A stretch of DNA of 64,000 bases from Gammaproteobacteria bacterium (GTDB taxonomy: Bacteria; Pseudomonadota; Gammaproteobacteria; Ga0077536): positions 64,001 to 128,000 of the forward strand of contig CAXXLL010000002.1 in NCBI GenBank assembly GCA_963662545.2. Reading direction: 5' to 3'. Below, in pieces: positions 1 through 10,154 of the stretch; within the stretch, counting starts at the first letter, position 1; every line of letters begins with the position of its first letter. The notes below the pieces were generated by a model that was not told the DNA's origin, ran no database searches, and saw only the letters and a list, made by a program, of their open reading frames with translations. Position numbers and translations under genes: made by a program.

Positions 1-29
1 TCGCTGTTCAGCATGAAGCGGCCGCACAT
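1..29 (-). CDS. SOS response-associated peptidase (SRAP/YedK family), 5' end only; runs off the window
   Basis: Minus strand reads ATG TGC GGC CGC TTC ATG CTG AAC AGC = MCGRFMLNS. The N-terminal MCGRF motif is diagnostic of SRAP proteins. Starts 12 bp after the mtdA stop. Confidence 0.65.
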
Positions 30-41
30 CATCGAAGGCGC

Positions 42-908
42 TCAGCGCCTCATCACCATGGCTTTCGCCAGTTCGAAAATCTCGGGCGCGTCGAGCACGG
101 CGTCGTTGGTCTCGAACAGCCGCTCGATGCAGGCCTGGTGAACTTCGAGTTTGAATGAACCGAATCCAATGGCGCCATAGCAGAGCTTGCCGTGATGCTC
201 GTGCGCGCGGTTCTTCATGTCAACGCCCTGAATTCCGAGCGGCGGCGTCGCGTTGGCGTCCATCAGGATCTCGAGCTCTGGCAGGTCCTTCCATTCGTCT
301 TCATGGAGCAACTCGACACCCGCCGCACCAGTCGCGAGGATGATGTTGGCGCCCTCTAGGACGCGGCCGATGCTCGTGCGATCGTCCGCGGCCGCTGCGA
401 GCAGGGTCACGCCGAAACGGCTGCGCATCGCCTCGCAGGCAGTCTCCGCTCGATCGACGTGGCGCGAGGTCAGGATCACTTCGGCGCCTTCCTGGGCAAA
501 CATCATGCCCGCGCGCTGCCCGACCGGGCCGGTCCCGGCGAGCACGACCACGCGCTTACCCGTGAGATTCGTATGCAGGCCTATCGTCGCGACCGCCGCG
601 GCTGCGGTGGTGTTGCTGCCGTTGCTGTCGAGCATGACGGACACGCGGAAATCGTCGAAAAAATGATTACGCACTGAGGCAAGCACGGCTTCGCCGTCTG
701 CTATGTTGCTGCCCGACACGAACAGCGCCGTGTTTTTCTTCATTTTCGGCGGGCGCGTAAAAATCGCGCCATCGACTATGGTTCCAACCGTACTCGGCTT
801 TATGTTGCCGTAGGACAAGACATGGTCAGCACCGCCGTCGTAAGCGACGACGGTGTCGAAGATATTCGGAGTGGGATCGGTATCCAGTTGAAACAAGAGC
901 TTTTTCAA
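42..908 (-). CDS. mtdA: NADP-dependent methylene-tetrahydromethanopterin/tetrahydrofolate dehydrogenase (MtdA-like)
   Basis: MKKLLFQLDTD..FDTVVAYDGGAD, MLDSNGSNTTAAA and GTGPVG motifs match MtdA; 288 aa. Confidence 0.88.
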   Translation of the reverse strand: MKKLLFQLDTDPTPNIFDTVVAYDGGADHVLSYGNIKPSTVGTIVDGAIFTRPPKMKKNTALFVSGSNIADGEAVLASVRNHFFDDFRVSVMLDSNGSNTTAAAAVATIGLHTNLTGKRVVVLAGTGPVGQRAGMMFAQEGAEVILTSRHVDRAETACEAMRSRFGVTLLAAAADDRTSIGRVLEGANIILATGAAGVELLHEDEWKDLPELEILMDANATPPLGIQGVDMKNRAHEHHGKLCYGAIGFGSFKLEVHQACIERLFETNDAVLDAPEIFELAKAMVMRR

Positions 909-1019
909 TGTTGTTGCCTGATGTCACACCGCGTTTCGCAGCCTAACGCGTCCAGGCTTCTACAGCAAAACGGCGTCCCGGAAAGGACATGGTAATCGCT
1001 GTCGATTGGGATCGGTCGT

Positions 1020-1886
1020 TCAGCGTTTTTCGATACGCATCGAGAAATCGATGGCGCGCACGTGCTTGGTCAAGGCGCCGATCGAAACGTAATCGGCGCC
1101 GGTATCTTCGATGTCGGCCAGGTTCGCCAGGTCGACATTGCCCGAGATTTCGATCACGGCGCGGCCGTCGACGAATGCGGTCGCGTCACGGATGGCCCCG
1201 GTTGGAAAATTGTCGAGCATGATCATCTCCGCGCCGGCGTCGACCGCTTGCTCAAGCTCGCTCATGTTTTCGACTTCGACCTCGATCTTGATGTCCGGAT
1301 GTGTGCGGCGCACAGTGGCGAGGGCGGCTGCGATCGAACCGGCTGCCGCGATATGATTCTCCTTGATCAAAACCGCATCGGACAGACCCATGCGGTGATT
1401 GACGCCACCACCGCAACGCACCGCGTACTTTTGCGCCGTGCGCAATCCCGGCAGAGTCTTGCGCGTGTCCAGCACGCGCGTAGCTGAACCCGACAATGCC
1501 GCCACGTAATGGCGCGTGACGGTCGCGGTTCCGGACATAGTCTGCAGGAAATTGAGGGCGGTGCGCTCACCGGTGACGATCCCGCGCGTCGGTCCCGAGA
1601 TCCGGCAGACGACGGCAGCGGGAAGCATTTCGTCGCCGTCGCTGTACGACCACTGTAAGACGATGGCGGGATCGAGCGTTGTGAAGACCCGATCGAACCA
1701 CGGCTGCCCCGCGAGCACTGCGGTTTCGTTGCAGACGACGTCCGCCATGCAAGTGTGTCGGGCGGGAATGAGTTCGGCCGTGATGTCGCCACTGCCGACG
1801 TCTTCGGCCAACGCGGCCGTGACTACGGCGTCAAGGTCGTCGGGCACAACAATGGGTTGCTCTCGTTGACTAAGCACGTTTGTCAA
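1020..1886 (-). CDS. nadC: quinolinate phosphoribosyltransferase (nicotinate-nucleotide diphosphorylase)
   Basis: ALAEDVGSGDIT, GERTALNFLQ, LDTRKTLPGLR, NHRMGL, IKENH, EVEVE and MLDNF motifs. Exact start uncertain. Confidence 0.95.
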   Translation of the reverse strand: MTNVLSQREQPIVVPDDLDAVVTAALAEDVGSGDITAELIPARHTCMADVVCNETAVLAGQPWFDRVFTTLDPAIVLQWSYSDGDEMLPAAVVCRISGPTRGIVTGERTALNFLQTMSGTATVTRHYVAALSGSATRVLDTRKTLPGLRTAQKYAVRCGGGVNHRMGLSDAVLIKENHIAAAGSIAAALATVRRTHPDIKIEVEVENMSELEQAVDAGAEMIMLDNFPTGAIRDATAFVDGRAVIEISGNVDLANLADIEDTGADYVSIGALTKHVRAIDFSMRIEKR

Positions 1887-3258
1887 AATCTGTTTGTGCT
1901 TGGTCCGACCCGGACAAAGCGTCCCGCGTCATCTTGAAAATCACGGGACTCAGGAGCAGCAGGGCGATGAGGTTGGGCAGCGCCATCAGGCCGTTAAACA
2001 CGTCGGCCAGCGCCCATACGAGGTCGAGCTTGACCACGGCGCCGATCATGATGGCGATGATCCAGGCGACGCGGTAGCCCGCGATCACCTGTACGCCGAA
2101 TAGATACTCGGCGCAGCGTTCCCCGTAGTAGCTCCAACCGACGGTGGTGGTGAAAGCGAAGACCGCGAGTCCCAATCCGACGACGGTCGCGCCTGCCGGC
2201 CCGATCCCTGATGCGAACGCGGCGGCAGACATCGATGCACCTCGTTCGCCGAGCGTCCAGGCATCCGTAACCAAGATCACCAGTGCGGTCATCGTGCAGA
2301 CGCACAGCGTATCGATGAAGGTGCCGAGCATCGCGATCATGCCCTGTTCGACTGGTTTGTTGGTGCGCGCGGCGGCGTGGGCGATGGCGGCGCTGCCGAG
2401 CCCCGCCTCGTTCGAGAAGATCCCGCGCGCGAATCCCCAGCGCAGCGCCATCCACACGGTGGCGCCGGCGAATCCCCCGGTGCCGGCTGTTTGAGTGAAG
2501 GCGCTCTCGAAGATCAACACGAGAGCGCTGGGGACAGCTTCGATCCTGATCACGAGAATGATCAGGGCGATGCCGACGTAGAGCAGCGCCATAACGGGCA
2601 CCACCGCCTCCGCCACGCGTGCGATGCGCCGTACTCCACCAATGATCACCATTCCCGTAAGCGCCGCTGCTACGGCGCCCGTGATCCAGACTGATACGCC
2701 AAATGTCGAGTTCATGACGTCGGCGACCGAATTGGACTGCACGACGTTGCCGATCCCGAAAGCCGCCAGCATGCCGAACAGCGCAAAGCAGGTGCCGAGC
2801 CAGGCCCAGCCGCGGCCGAGGCCGTTGCGGATGTAATACATCGGCCCGCCGACGTAATGGCCGAGACTATCGACTTCGCGGTAACGCACCGCCAGTACCG
2901 CTTCGCCGTACTTGGTCGCCATGCCGAACAGGGCGATCATCCACATCCAGAACACCGCGCCCGGTCCGCCGAAATAAATCGCGGTAGCGACGCCGGCGAT
3001 ATTGCCGGTGCCGACCGTCGCTGAAAGCGCGGTCATCAGCGCCTGAAAGGGAGAAATTTCGCCGCTCGCGCTGCCGCGGGCGCGGCCGCGCCAGAGCAGC
3101 GCGAACGCGTGCGGAATGCAGATCCAAGTCATGCCGCGCAGGCCGGCGGTGAGGTAGAGGCCGACGCCCGCCAGCAGGGGAATCAGCAGGTATTCGCTCC
3201 AGATGAACCCGCTGAACGCGTTCAGCAGGTCGTGGGCACCGGCCAGTGCGCCAGTCAA
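1870..3258 (-). CDS. sodium:alanine/glycine symporter (AGCS family)
   Basis: ISPFQAL, TVGTGNIAGVA, GGPGAVFWMW, GGPMYYI and RGIFSNEAGLGS motifs; multiple TM helices. Confidence 0.93.
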   Translation of the reverse strand: MTGALAGAHDLLNAFSGFIWSEYLLIPLLAGVGLYLTAGLRGMTWICIPHAFALLWRGRARGSASGEISPFQALMTALSATVGTGNIAGVATAIYFGGPGAVFWMWMIALFGMATKYGEAVLAVRYREVDSLGHYVGGPMYYIRNGLGRGWAWLGTCFALFGMLAAFGIGNVVQSNSVADVMNSTFGVSVWITGAVAAALTGMVIIGGVRRIARVAEAVVPVMALLYVGIALIILVIRIEAVPSALVLIFESAFTQTAGTGGFAGATVWMALRWGFARGIFSNEAGLGSAAIAHAAARTNKPVEQGMIAMLGTFIDTLCVCTMTALVILVTDAWTLGERGASMSAAAFASGIGPAGATVVGLGLAVFAFTTTVGWSYYGERCAEYLFGVQVIAGYRVAWIIAIMIGAVVKLDLVWALADVFNGLMALPNLIALLLLSPVIFKMTRDALSGSDQAQTDFDKRA

Positions 3259-3788
3259 AGCGCCGGCGCTCCGTACGCTGCACGCCGTGATTTCAAGACC
3301 AGGGTTTCACCGCTCTGGGAGAAATCGAGTCGCTTGAGGAAGCTCATACCCAGCAGCACCTGTGGGTCATCGAGATTGGGTACGATGCTCGCCCTGACGT
3401 CGTATTCGACGATGTCCCCCAGCCTGAGCGACTCGATGACCGTCGCATAGGCAATGGTTGAGCCATTGGCCGTCGACACGGGATAGGCCGGTCCTTTCGC
3501 GAGCCCGGCCATGGCTGCGACGGCCTCGGAGACGGCCACGTCCGTCGCCCCGGTGTCGAGCATGAGTTCAGTGGTGATGCCGTTTATCTCGCCATTGGCG
3601 ACGTAATGGCCGTAGCGGTTGCGGTGCAGAACGATGGTGGCTGCGCCACCTGGCGCGCTCAGGCTTTCAACCGTGCGATTGGGGTTTCTGTAGTCTTCGA
3701 TCCGCTCGGAAAACAATAGGGTCAGAATCGCAATTAATCCGATAATTGCGATGATAGTCATCGTCGAGCCGATCTTTTTCGTGGACAT
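3255..3788 (-). CDS. membrane-anchored clan AA (retropepsin-like, TIGR02281) aspartic protease
   Basis: N-terminal TM helix, GHY..GEING, catalytic LDTGAT, TANG and LLGMSFL. Start placed at the ATG of MSTKKIG. Confidence 0.88.
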   Translation of the reverse strand: MSTKKIGSTMTIIAIIGLIAILTLLFSERIEDYRNPNRTVESLSAPGGAATIVLHRNRYGHYVANGEINGITTELMLDTGATDVAVSEAVAAMAGLAKGPAYPVSTANGSTIAYATVIESLRLGDIVEYDVRASIVPNLDDPQVLLGMSFLKRLDFSQSGETLVLKSRRAAYGAPAL

Positions 3789-3901
3789 CGCGTGGAGCGA
3801 ACTGAGATGTTCGCCGTATATCTTGGTTGTCGCGAATGTTAATCTTTGTGTCTGGATACAAAGATCTCGCCGGCCGGCGAGTATCGCACAAGGATTCATT
3901 C

Positions 3902-4891
3902 GTGAACACCGCCATCACAACCACCATCGAATGTCAGACCATCCAGCCGACGCGGTTGGTTTCGACCCTCTCCGAAGACGTCGTCAACGGTCTGTTCGGC
4001 GAGCCTCGGAGCCTGCCGCCGAAGTATTTCTACGACGAGCGGGGATCGGATTTGTTCGATCGGATCTGCGATGCGCCGGAATACTATCCGACCCGCACGG
4101 AAAGCGCGCTGCTCGAGAAGATTGCCGGCGAGGTGATCGAATCCGCGCGCCCCGAGTGCATCGTCGAACTCGGCAGCGGCACGTCGCGCAAGACGCGCCA
4201 CCTGCTGAATGCCTGTGACGAACAAGCCTACTATCCCGTCTATGCACCGTTCGATGTCTGCGACGAAGTATTGGTGAGCAGCGGTAAAGCGCTGCACGCG
4301 GAATACGATTGGCTCGAAGTGCAGCCCATCGTTGGCGATTATACAGCGGGTCTCGGCAATCTGCCGCGCCGGGCGGAGCGCACGCTCATCGTTTTTCTGG
4401 GCGGTACCATCGGCAATTTCACACAGGCGGAACGTTTGGATTTTCTCGCGGAGGTGCGCGGTGTCATGGGCCGCAACGATAAGCTGTTATTGGGTGCCGA
4501 CCGGGTCAAGGAGCCGGACGTGCTGCACGCCGCGTACAACGACAACGCGGGCATAACCGCCGAATTCAACCTCAACATACTGCGCGTTTTGAACCGGGAA
4601 CTCGGCGCGGACTTCGACCTGGGTAGTTTCGAACATTACGCCCATTTCAACCTGCTCGAATCGCGCATCGAGATGCATCTGATTTCAATGCGTAAACAGA
4701 CCGTGCATTTCGAGGGCATGGACAGGCGGCTCGAGTTCAAGGAGGGCGACCACATCCTGACCGAGATCAGTACCAAGTTCACGCGCACTGAACTCGAAGC
4801 GATGTTCGCCGAAACGGGGTTCGAAATCGTCAGGCATTACGAATCGAATGCCACCAAGTTTTCATTGCTGCTTGCGCAACCCTTACGCTAG
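3902..4891 (+). CDS. egtD: L-histidine N-alpha-methyltransferase (ergothioneine biosynthesis)
   Basis: SLPPKYFYDERGS.LF..IC..PEYYPTRTE, ELGSG.S.KT, GGTIGNF, AAYND..G.TA.FN.N and TEISTKF. GTG start with AAGGA RBS. Confidence 0.9.
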   Translation: MNTAITTTIECQTIQPTRLVSTLSEDVVNGLFGEPRSLPPKYFYDERGSDLFDRICDAPEYYPTRTESALLEKIAGEVIESARPECIVELGSGTSRKTRHLLNACDEQAYYPVYAPFDVCDEVLVSSGKALHAEYDWLEVQPIVGDYTAGLGNLPRRAERTLIVFLGGTIGNFTQAERLDFLAEVRGVMGRNDKLLLGADRVKEPDVLHAAYNDNAGITAEFNLNILRVLNRELGADFDLGSFEHYAHFNLLESRIEMHLISMRKQTVHFEGMDRRLEFKEGDHILTEISTKFTRTELEAMFAETGFEIVRHYESNATKFSLLLAQPLR

Positions 4892-4908
4892 CGGGTATCC
4901 GTGATCGG

Positions 4909-5469
4909 GTGAGCCGGCACGCGCCTGACATCGACAGCGGCTGGATCGAGACCGCCGCCCGGGTCGATTCGCCGAACTGCGACCCGCGGCCGCCCACGGT
5001 GGTGGTCGATCTCATCGTCATCCATGCCATCAGTCTGCCGCCAGGCGAATTCGGCGGCCCCTACATCCATCAACTCTTCACCAACCGGCTCGACACCGCG
5101 GCGCACGAATATTTTCTCGAGATCGACGAACTGCCCGTATCGGCCCATTTTCTGATCGATCGAGAGGGCGCGCTGACCCAGTTCGTCAACATCCGCGATC
5201 GCGCCTGGCATGCGGGCCAGTCGTGCTGGGAGGGCCGCAGTGCGTGTAATGATTTTTCGCTCGGCATCGAGCTCGAAGGCTGCGACGAGGCGGCGTTCAC
5301 CGATGCGCAGTATCATGTCCTTATCGATCTGATCGGAGTATTGATGGCGTACTTCCCCGGGATTACGCGCGAGCGCATCGTCGGACATTGCCACATCGCG
5401 CCGGAGCGCAAGACTGATCCGGGGCCACAATTCGACTGGACGCGTCTGCACAGCCGTTTGAATGCATGA
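4909..5469 (+). CDS. ampD: 1,6-anhydro-N-acetylmuramyl-L-alanine amidase
   Basis: SPNCD.RP, IHAISLPPGEFGG, VSAHF, RAWHAG, CNDFSLGIELEG and GH..IAP.RKTDPG motifs. Confidence 0.95.
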   Translation: MSRHAPDIDSGWIETAARVDSPNCDPRPPTVVVDLIVIHAISLPPGEFGGPYIHQLFTNRLDTAAHEYFLEIDELPVSAHFLIDREGALTQFVNIRDRAWHAGQSCWEGRSACNDFSLGIELEGCDEAAFTDAQYHVLIDLIGVLMAYFPGITRERIVGHCHIAPERKTDPGPQFDWTRLHSRLNA

Positions 5470-6347
5470 ACTTTCTGCTCATATTGATCGCAGCCATCGT
5501 CGAGTTCACCGTCGCGAGCTTCGAGGGCATGCGCTCAAAGCGCTGGAGCCGGGACTGGGCGATTTGGATCAACCAGGTAGCCGGTGCTTATGGCTGGTGG
5601 CCCGGGCTGTTGGGGGCGGTCATCACGGTTGCAGTTCCCGTCGTGATCGTAGCGGTGCTGTTCGGCTTGCTCTACGCCGCATCGGCGTTTCTCGGCCACC
5701 TCGCGGCCCTCTTCGTCCTGTTGCTGATGCTGGGGCCGACGGATCTCAACCGGGAGATCGATCGCCACAAACGCAACATCGATCTCGCGCTCGGTGGGAC
5801 ATCGAGCGTTGCGGAGCCTGAATTCCTGGCGCGCGGCGAGACGCTGGATCTAGAGGATGTCAGCGGGGAGGAGGCTTTTGACCCGCACCGCGGCGAACTG
5901 GCCGAGCTCGCGCTCGCCGCGGATACCGCGTGGTTCCAGCCACTCTTCTGGTTTTTCGTGCTGGGGCCGGTGGGCGCCGTGCTATACCGCTTGTGCGCCA
6001 ACCTGCGGGCGTTCGCTGCTATCGAGCCTGGCGTCGCAAAGCTGATCGGAGAGTTACGCGAAGCCATGGAGTGGCTGCCCGGCCGCCTCACGGTATTCGC
6101 CATGGGCGTTGCCGGAACCCTCGTGCCGGTGCTGGAAACCGCGCGTGACTTCGGCGTATTTCGCTGGTCCGTGACCGCTGATCTCGTCGCACGCGCGTCA
6201 CTCGCTGCCATCGACCACGGTCGGGTTCAGGAAGTGATCACACTCGATCCACGGGTCTACCGCATCAATCTCATGCATGCCCTTATCAAGCGAACGCTCA
6301 ACGTATGGCTGGTGATCATCGCGGGGGGCGCGTTGCTTTTTTCCTGA
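5466..6347 (+). CDS. ampE: AmpE-like inner membrane protein (CobD/CbiB superfamily)
   Basis: Overlaps the ampD stop (ATGA); hydrophobic; F..LFWF..LGP.GA.LYR and EWLP.RL motifs. Confidence 0.75.
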   Translation: MNFLLILIAAIVEFTVASFEGMRSKRWSRDWAIWINQVAGAYGWWPGLLGAVITVAVPVVIVAVLFGLLYAASAFLGHLAALFVLLLMLGPTDLNREIDRHKRNIDLALGGTSSVAEPEFLARGETLDLEDVSGEEAFDPHRGELAELALAADTAWFQPLFWFFVLGPVGAVLYRLCANLRAFAAIEPGVAKLIGELREAMEWLPGRLTVFAMGVAGTLVPVLETARDFGVFRWSVTADLVARASLAAIDHGRVQEVITLDPRVYRINLMHALIKRTLNVWLVIIAGGALLFS

Positions 6348-6578
6348 GTTCCCTGGCCGCCCGCTTGCGGACTCCTACTTCTATCAAATACTCCGTGCCT
6401 GCCATCCATGGCGGTACGTTACGGGCTTTGTTTGAACCCAGGCTGGAGTAGTAGCGAATGTTGGTGCCTGCCATCCCTGGCGCTACGCAACCGTCTTCGT
6501 TCGACTCCAGCCCGGCCATTCATGGCCGGGCGCTCGCCGGGCGAAAGCCACGTTAAGTGGCTTTCTCCTTACTCCGGC

Positions 6579-7310
6579 TCACCCAAGAAACTCGCTGACC
6601 CGCAACGCTCGCGGCCCGTCGCCGTCACAGAGCAATACGCTGTCCTGCTCGTACCAGTCGCCGAGTACGATGCGACGGCAAGCGCGGCCCTCGACGTCGA
6701 GGTCGTGAATCGCGGGGCGGTGGGTGTGTCCGTGGATGAGCAGGGTCACGCCGTGTGCCGCCATGACGTTCGTCACCGTCTCCTCGTCGACATCCATGAT
6801 GTCATCCGGCTTGGCGCGCATCGATGCCTTGGTGCCCGACTGCGTTTTTAAAGCGATGCGCCGACGCAGGCTCAACGGCGTGCCGAGAAACGCAGAGCGG
6901 ACGATGGGGTTTCTCACGAACTTGCGGAATTTCTGGTATTTGACGTCTTTGGTGCAGAGCAAGTCGCCGTGGGTCAGGAGGGTGCGCTGGCCGTATAGAT
7001 CGATGACCTCATAGTCCGCCATGAGCCGCGCGCCCGTGGCTCGTTCGAAGCGGCGCCCGAACAGAAAATCGCGATTGCCGTGCCCTACCGAAAGCTCGAC
7101 GCCTGCATCGCTTACACGCTTGAGTGCTTCGATGACCTGCGGGTGCGGCGGCGTATCGTCGTCGTCGCCGAGCCAGACTTCGAAAAGATCACCCAAGATA
7201 TACAGCGCCCGTACGGTCGAGCATGCTTGCTCGGCGAAGGCGAGGAACAGGTCCCGTTGATCCGGGCGCTCACCGCTCAGGTGCAGGTCGGAGACGAACA
7301 GCGTTGCCAT
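6579..7310 (-). CDS. lpxH: UDP-2,3-diacylglucosamine hydrolase
   Basis: FVSDLHL, YILGDLFEVWLGDD, GNRDFL, THGD.LCT.D, IHGHTHRP and VLGDW motifs; follows ppiB as usual. Confidence 0.95.
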   Translation of the reverse strand: MATLFVSDLHLSGERPDQRDLFLAFAEQACSTVRALYILGDLFEVWLGDDDDTPPHPQVIEALKRVSDAGVELSVGHGNRDFLFGRRFERATGARLMADYEVIDLYGQRTLLTHGDLLCTKDVKYQKFRKFVRNPIVRSAFLGTPLSLRRRIALKTQSGTKASMRAKPDDIMDVDEETVTNVMAAHGVTLLIHGHTHRPAIHDLDVEGRACRRIVLGDWYEQDSVLLCDGDGPRALRVSEFLG

Positions 7311-7328
7311 CGCGCGACCCCAAAAAGA

Positions 7329-7832
7329 TCAGTCCGTGATCACCGTTACGCTCTCGATCTCGATCGGTTCCGCGGGAACGTCCCCGTGCCCCCCATGGGA
7401 AGCAGTCGCGACGCCCTTGATCTGATTGACCGTATCCATGCCGTCGATGACCTTGCCGAATACGCAATAACCCCAACCCTGCTGCGTCTCGCCGGAGTGG
7501 TTCAGGAATTCGTTGTCACCGACGTTGATGAAGAACTGCGCGGAGGCGGAATGGGGATCGCCGGTTCGCGCCATGGCGACGGTGCCTATGTCATTGCTCA
7601 GACCGTTGTTTGCCTCATTCTTAATGGCGTCGCGGGCAGTCTTCTGATTCATGTCGCGGTCCATGCCGCCACCCTGGATCATGAAGCCGTCGATGACGCG
7701 ATGGAAGATGGTACCGTCATAAAAGCCGTCCTCGACATAGGTAATGAAATTTTTCGCCGTGATCGGTGCGGCCTCCTCGTCGATTTCGAGCGTGACTTCG
7801 CCCATCGATGTTACGAGTTTTACATTGGTCAT
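7329..7832 (-). CDS. ppiB: cyclophilin-type peptidyl-prolyl cis-trans isomerase
   Basis: FHRVIDGFMIQGGG, AMART.DPHSASAQFFIN and GYCVFG. Start at the ATG of MTNVKL with a GGGGA RBS. Confidence 0.95.
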   Translation of the reverse strand: MTNVKLVTSMGEVTLEIDEEAAPITAKNFITYVEDGFYDGTIFHRVIDGFMIQGGGMDRDMNQKTARDAIKNEANNGLSNDIGTVAMARTGDPHSASAQFFINVGDNEFLNHSGETQQGWGYCVFGKVIDGMDTVNQIKGVATASHGGHGDVPAEPIEIESVTVITD

Positions 7833-8078
7833 GGGTTCCCCCGCTTGCTTGCAGTGTCGTTCGCTCGGACTCGTAGATGACGGTGGCCGTAATGTGGCAC
7901 TACGACCCGCAAAGGCGATGCTGTTCATCTGGAAACAGTCGATGCTGTTATTCGAAGCCCACCGTCATGGTGCCGGTCCGATCGCCGGATCGCAAGCTGC
8001 GAACGGCGTTGATGTTACCTCGTGCGCACCGTCGTAATGCCTTATTGCATCGACAATTTCCACACCCACCGTACGCCA

Positions 8079-8107
8079 TTGACGCTTCCATGAGGCGTGC
8101 GTATCAT
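8079..8107 (+). promoter_or_regulatory. sigma70 promoter of the tRNA operon
   Basis: TTGACG-17 bp-TATCAT followed by a GC-rich discriminator, 33 bp upstream of tRNA-Pro. Confidence 0.7.
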
Positions 8108-8140
8108 CGGCGTCCCGTCGGTAGGCAAGGCGTACGATGC

Positions 8141-8217
<77 letters not shown>

Positions 8218-8320
8218 TAATCGTGAAAAGTCGTAGGCGAGAAGCTATAACTAAACGTAATGCCGCCGTTTGCAAACTCGAACGATTGGCGCAGAGCTTG
8301 TAACGTATAGCGCACCGTGT

Positions 8321-8397
8321 GCGCCTGTAGCTCATTTGGATAGAGCATCGGCCTTCTAAGCCGGCGGTAGCAGGTTCGAATCCTGCCAGGCGCGCCA
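8321..8397 (+). tRNA. tRNA-Arg(TCT)
   Basis: GCGCCTG/CAGGCGC stem, CTTCTAA anticodon loop, GGTTCGAATCC, CCA. Confidence 0.97.
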
Positions 8398-8497
8398 ATT
8401 TAGGCAAGCGGAAAGCGAAGGGATCGGACCCCTGTTTCGATCGGCCACAAATCGAAGTGAGTCCGAGTGAACCCGACAATTTTCTACTTGCGTCAGT

Positions 8498-8574
8498 GGT
8501 GGGCGTAGCTCAGTTGGTAGAGCACAGGATTGTGGCTCCTGAGGCCGCGGGTTCGATCCCCGTCGCTCACCCCA
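8498..8574 (+). tRNA. tRNA-His(GTG)
   Basis: G-1 plus GTGGGCG stem, TTGTGGC anticodon loop, GGTTCGATCCC, CCA. Confidence 0.96.
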
Positions 8575-8581
8575 TTTATTC

Positions 8582-8657
<76 letters not shown>

Positions 8658-8770
8658 CTTACCTTTCCCAAGAAGTCCAGCGTTGTCCAGAGACTTCTTT
8701 ATAACGGCTTAATAACAGAAAGTTAGTGACCTATTAAGTCCCAACCTCTCCATTGACAGCCACTATTTCC

Positions 8771-8831
8771 TGACGGTAACTTTGACGTTAACACTATCAC
8801 TCGCCGCCAAAACGGCAGGGAGTTACCGTCA
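8771..8831 (+). promoter_or_regulatory. probable integrase arm-type binding sites
   Basis: Direct repeats TGACGGTAAC and TGACGTTAAC plus an inverted copy GTTACCGTCA at the integrase start, typical of P4-like att arms. Confidence 0.5.
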
Positions 8832-10055
8832 TGTTAGGGAAACTCACCGACACCGGAATTAAAAACGCCAAGCCGAGAGCCAAGCCCTATAAGCTGGCTG
8901 ACGGCGGGGGCATGTATTTACTCGTCACGACGAAGGGCCAGAAGTGGTGGCGGCTGGACTACCGACTCCACGGCAAGCGCAAGACTTTAAGCCTAGGCGT
9001 TTACCCTGACGTGAAGTTGAAGAAAGCCCGCAAGCGGCGGGAAGCCGCACGCGAAAGCATAGACGACGGCTTGGACCCCTCAGACATACGCAAAGAAGAA
9101 AAAGCCGCCCGCGAGGGCGCGGACACCTTCAAGGCCGTAGCCGAAGAATGGTTAGCCAAGTGGAAGCCCGACAAAGCTCCTCACTACACGGATGAAGGTG
9201 CAAGGGCGGCTCAGGAATGACGTGTACCCGTGGCTGGGCGATTCCACCATTAACGACATACAGCCAAAGGACGTGCTGCGCGTCTTGCGGCGAGTAGAGG
9301 ACCGGGGTGCAGCCGAGGCAGGCCACCGCATTCGTCAGCATTGCAGCGCCGTCTTTCGCTATGCCGTGGCGTCCGGGTACGCCGACCGTGACCCGACTCA
9401 GGACTTGCGGGGGGCCTTGCTACCAACAAAGCCGAAGCATTACGCCAGCATTACGGACGCGAAGAAAATTGGCGAGCTTCTACGCGCCATCGACGCCTAC
9501 AAAGGGCAGTTGGTGACTCGCTGCGCCCTCACCCTTACCGCGTTAACTTTCGTCCGTCCCGGCGAATTGAGAAAAGCTGAATGGGCCGAATTCGACTTAG
9601 AAAATGCAGAGTGGCGCATACCGGCCGAGAAAATGAAAATGGACAGGCCACACATTGTCCCCTTCTCTGAGCAAGCCCTAGACGTGCTGAAAGAAATACA
9701 GCCGCTCACGAGTGACGGACGCTTCGTGTTTCCTGGCATTCGCAGCCAACAGCGTCCCATGTCCGAAAATACGGTAACGGCGGCACTGCGTGGCATGGGT
9801 TATACGGGCGACGAAATCACAGCGCATGGCTTCCGCAGCATGGCGTCTACCCGTCTGAACGAAATGGGCTGGAATAGAGACGCAATTGAAAGACAACTAG
9901 CCCACATTGAAGGTAACGCAGTGCGGGCCGCGTACAACTACGCCGAGCACCTGGAAGAAAGGCGGCGCATGATGCAAGCGTGGGCCGACTATTTGGACGG
10001 TCTGCGAAACGACGCTGACGTAACACCCATTCGCGGAAAAGGAAAAGCCGCCTAA
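8831..10055 (+). pseudogene. P4-type tyrosine integrase, frameshifted near 9190
   Basis: ORF 8831-9220 encodes the arm-binding domain (KPYKLADGGGMYL, LGVYP). ORF 9192-10055 has VRPGE, KMK, TAHGFRS, LAH and AYN catalytic motifs. Confidence 0.88.
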
Positions 10056-10154
10056 CGTAAACTTCTCAATACAGCCCTAGTCCAGCGGGACGAAAAGGCG
10101 GCACCTTCCCGCCTTGGGCTGTCATCACTAGAAGGACGCCGAAAGGAGCGTGTT

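Noticed and set aside
6348-6578. 230-bp gap between convergent ampE and lpxH with short inverted repeats
   Set aside because: No second copy in the window and no clear TIR or RNA motif; cannot support a call.
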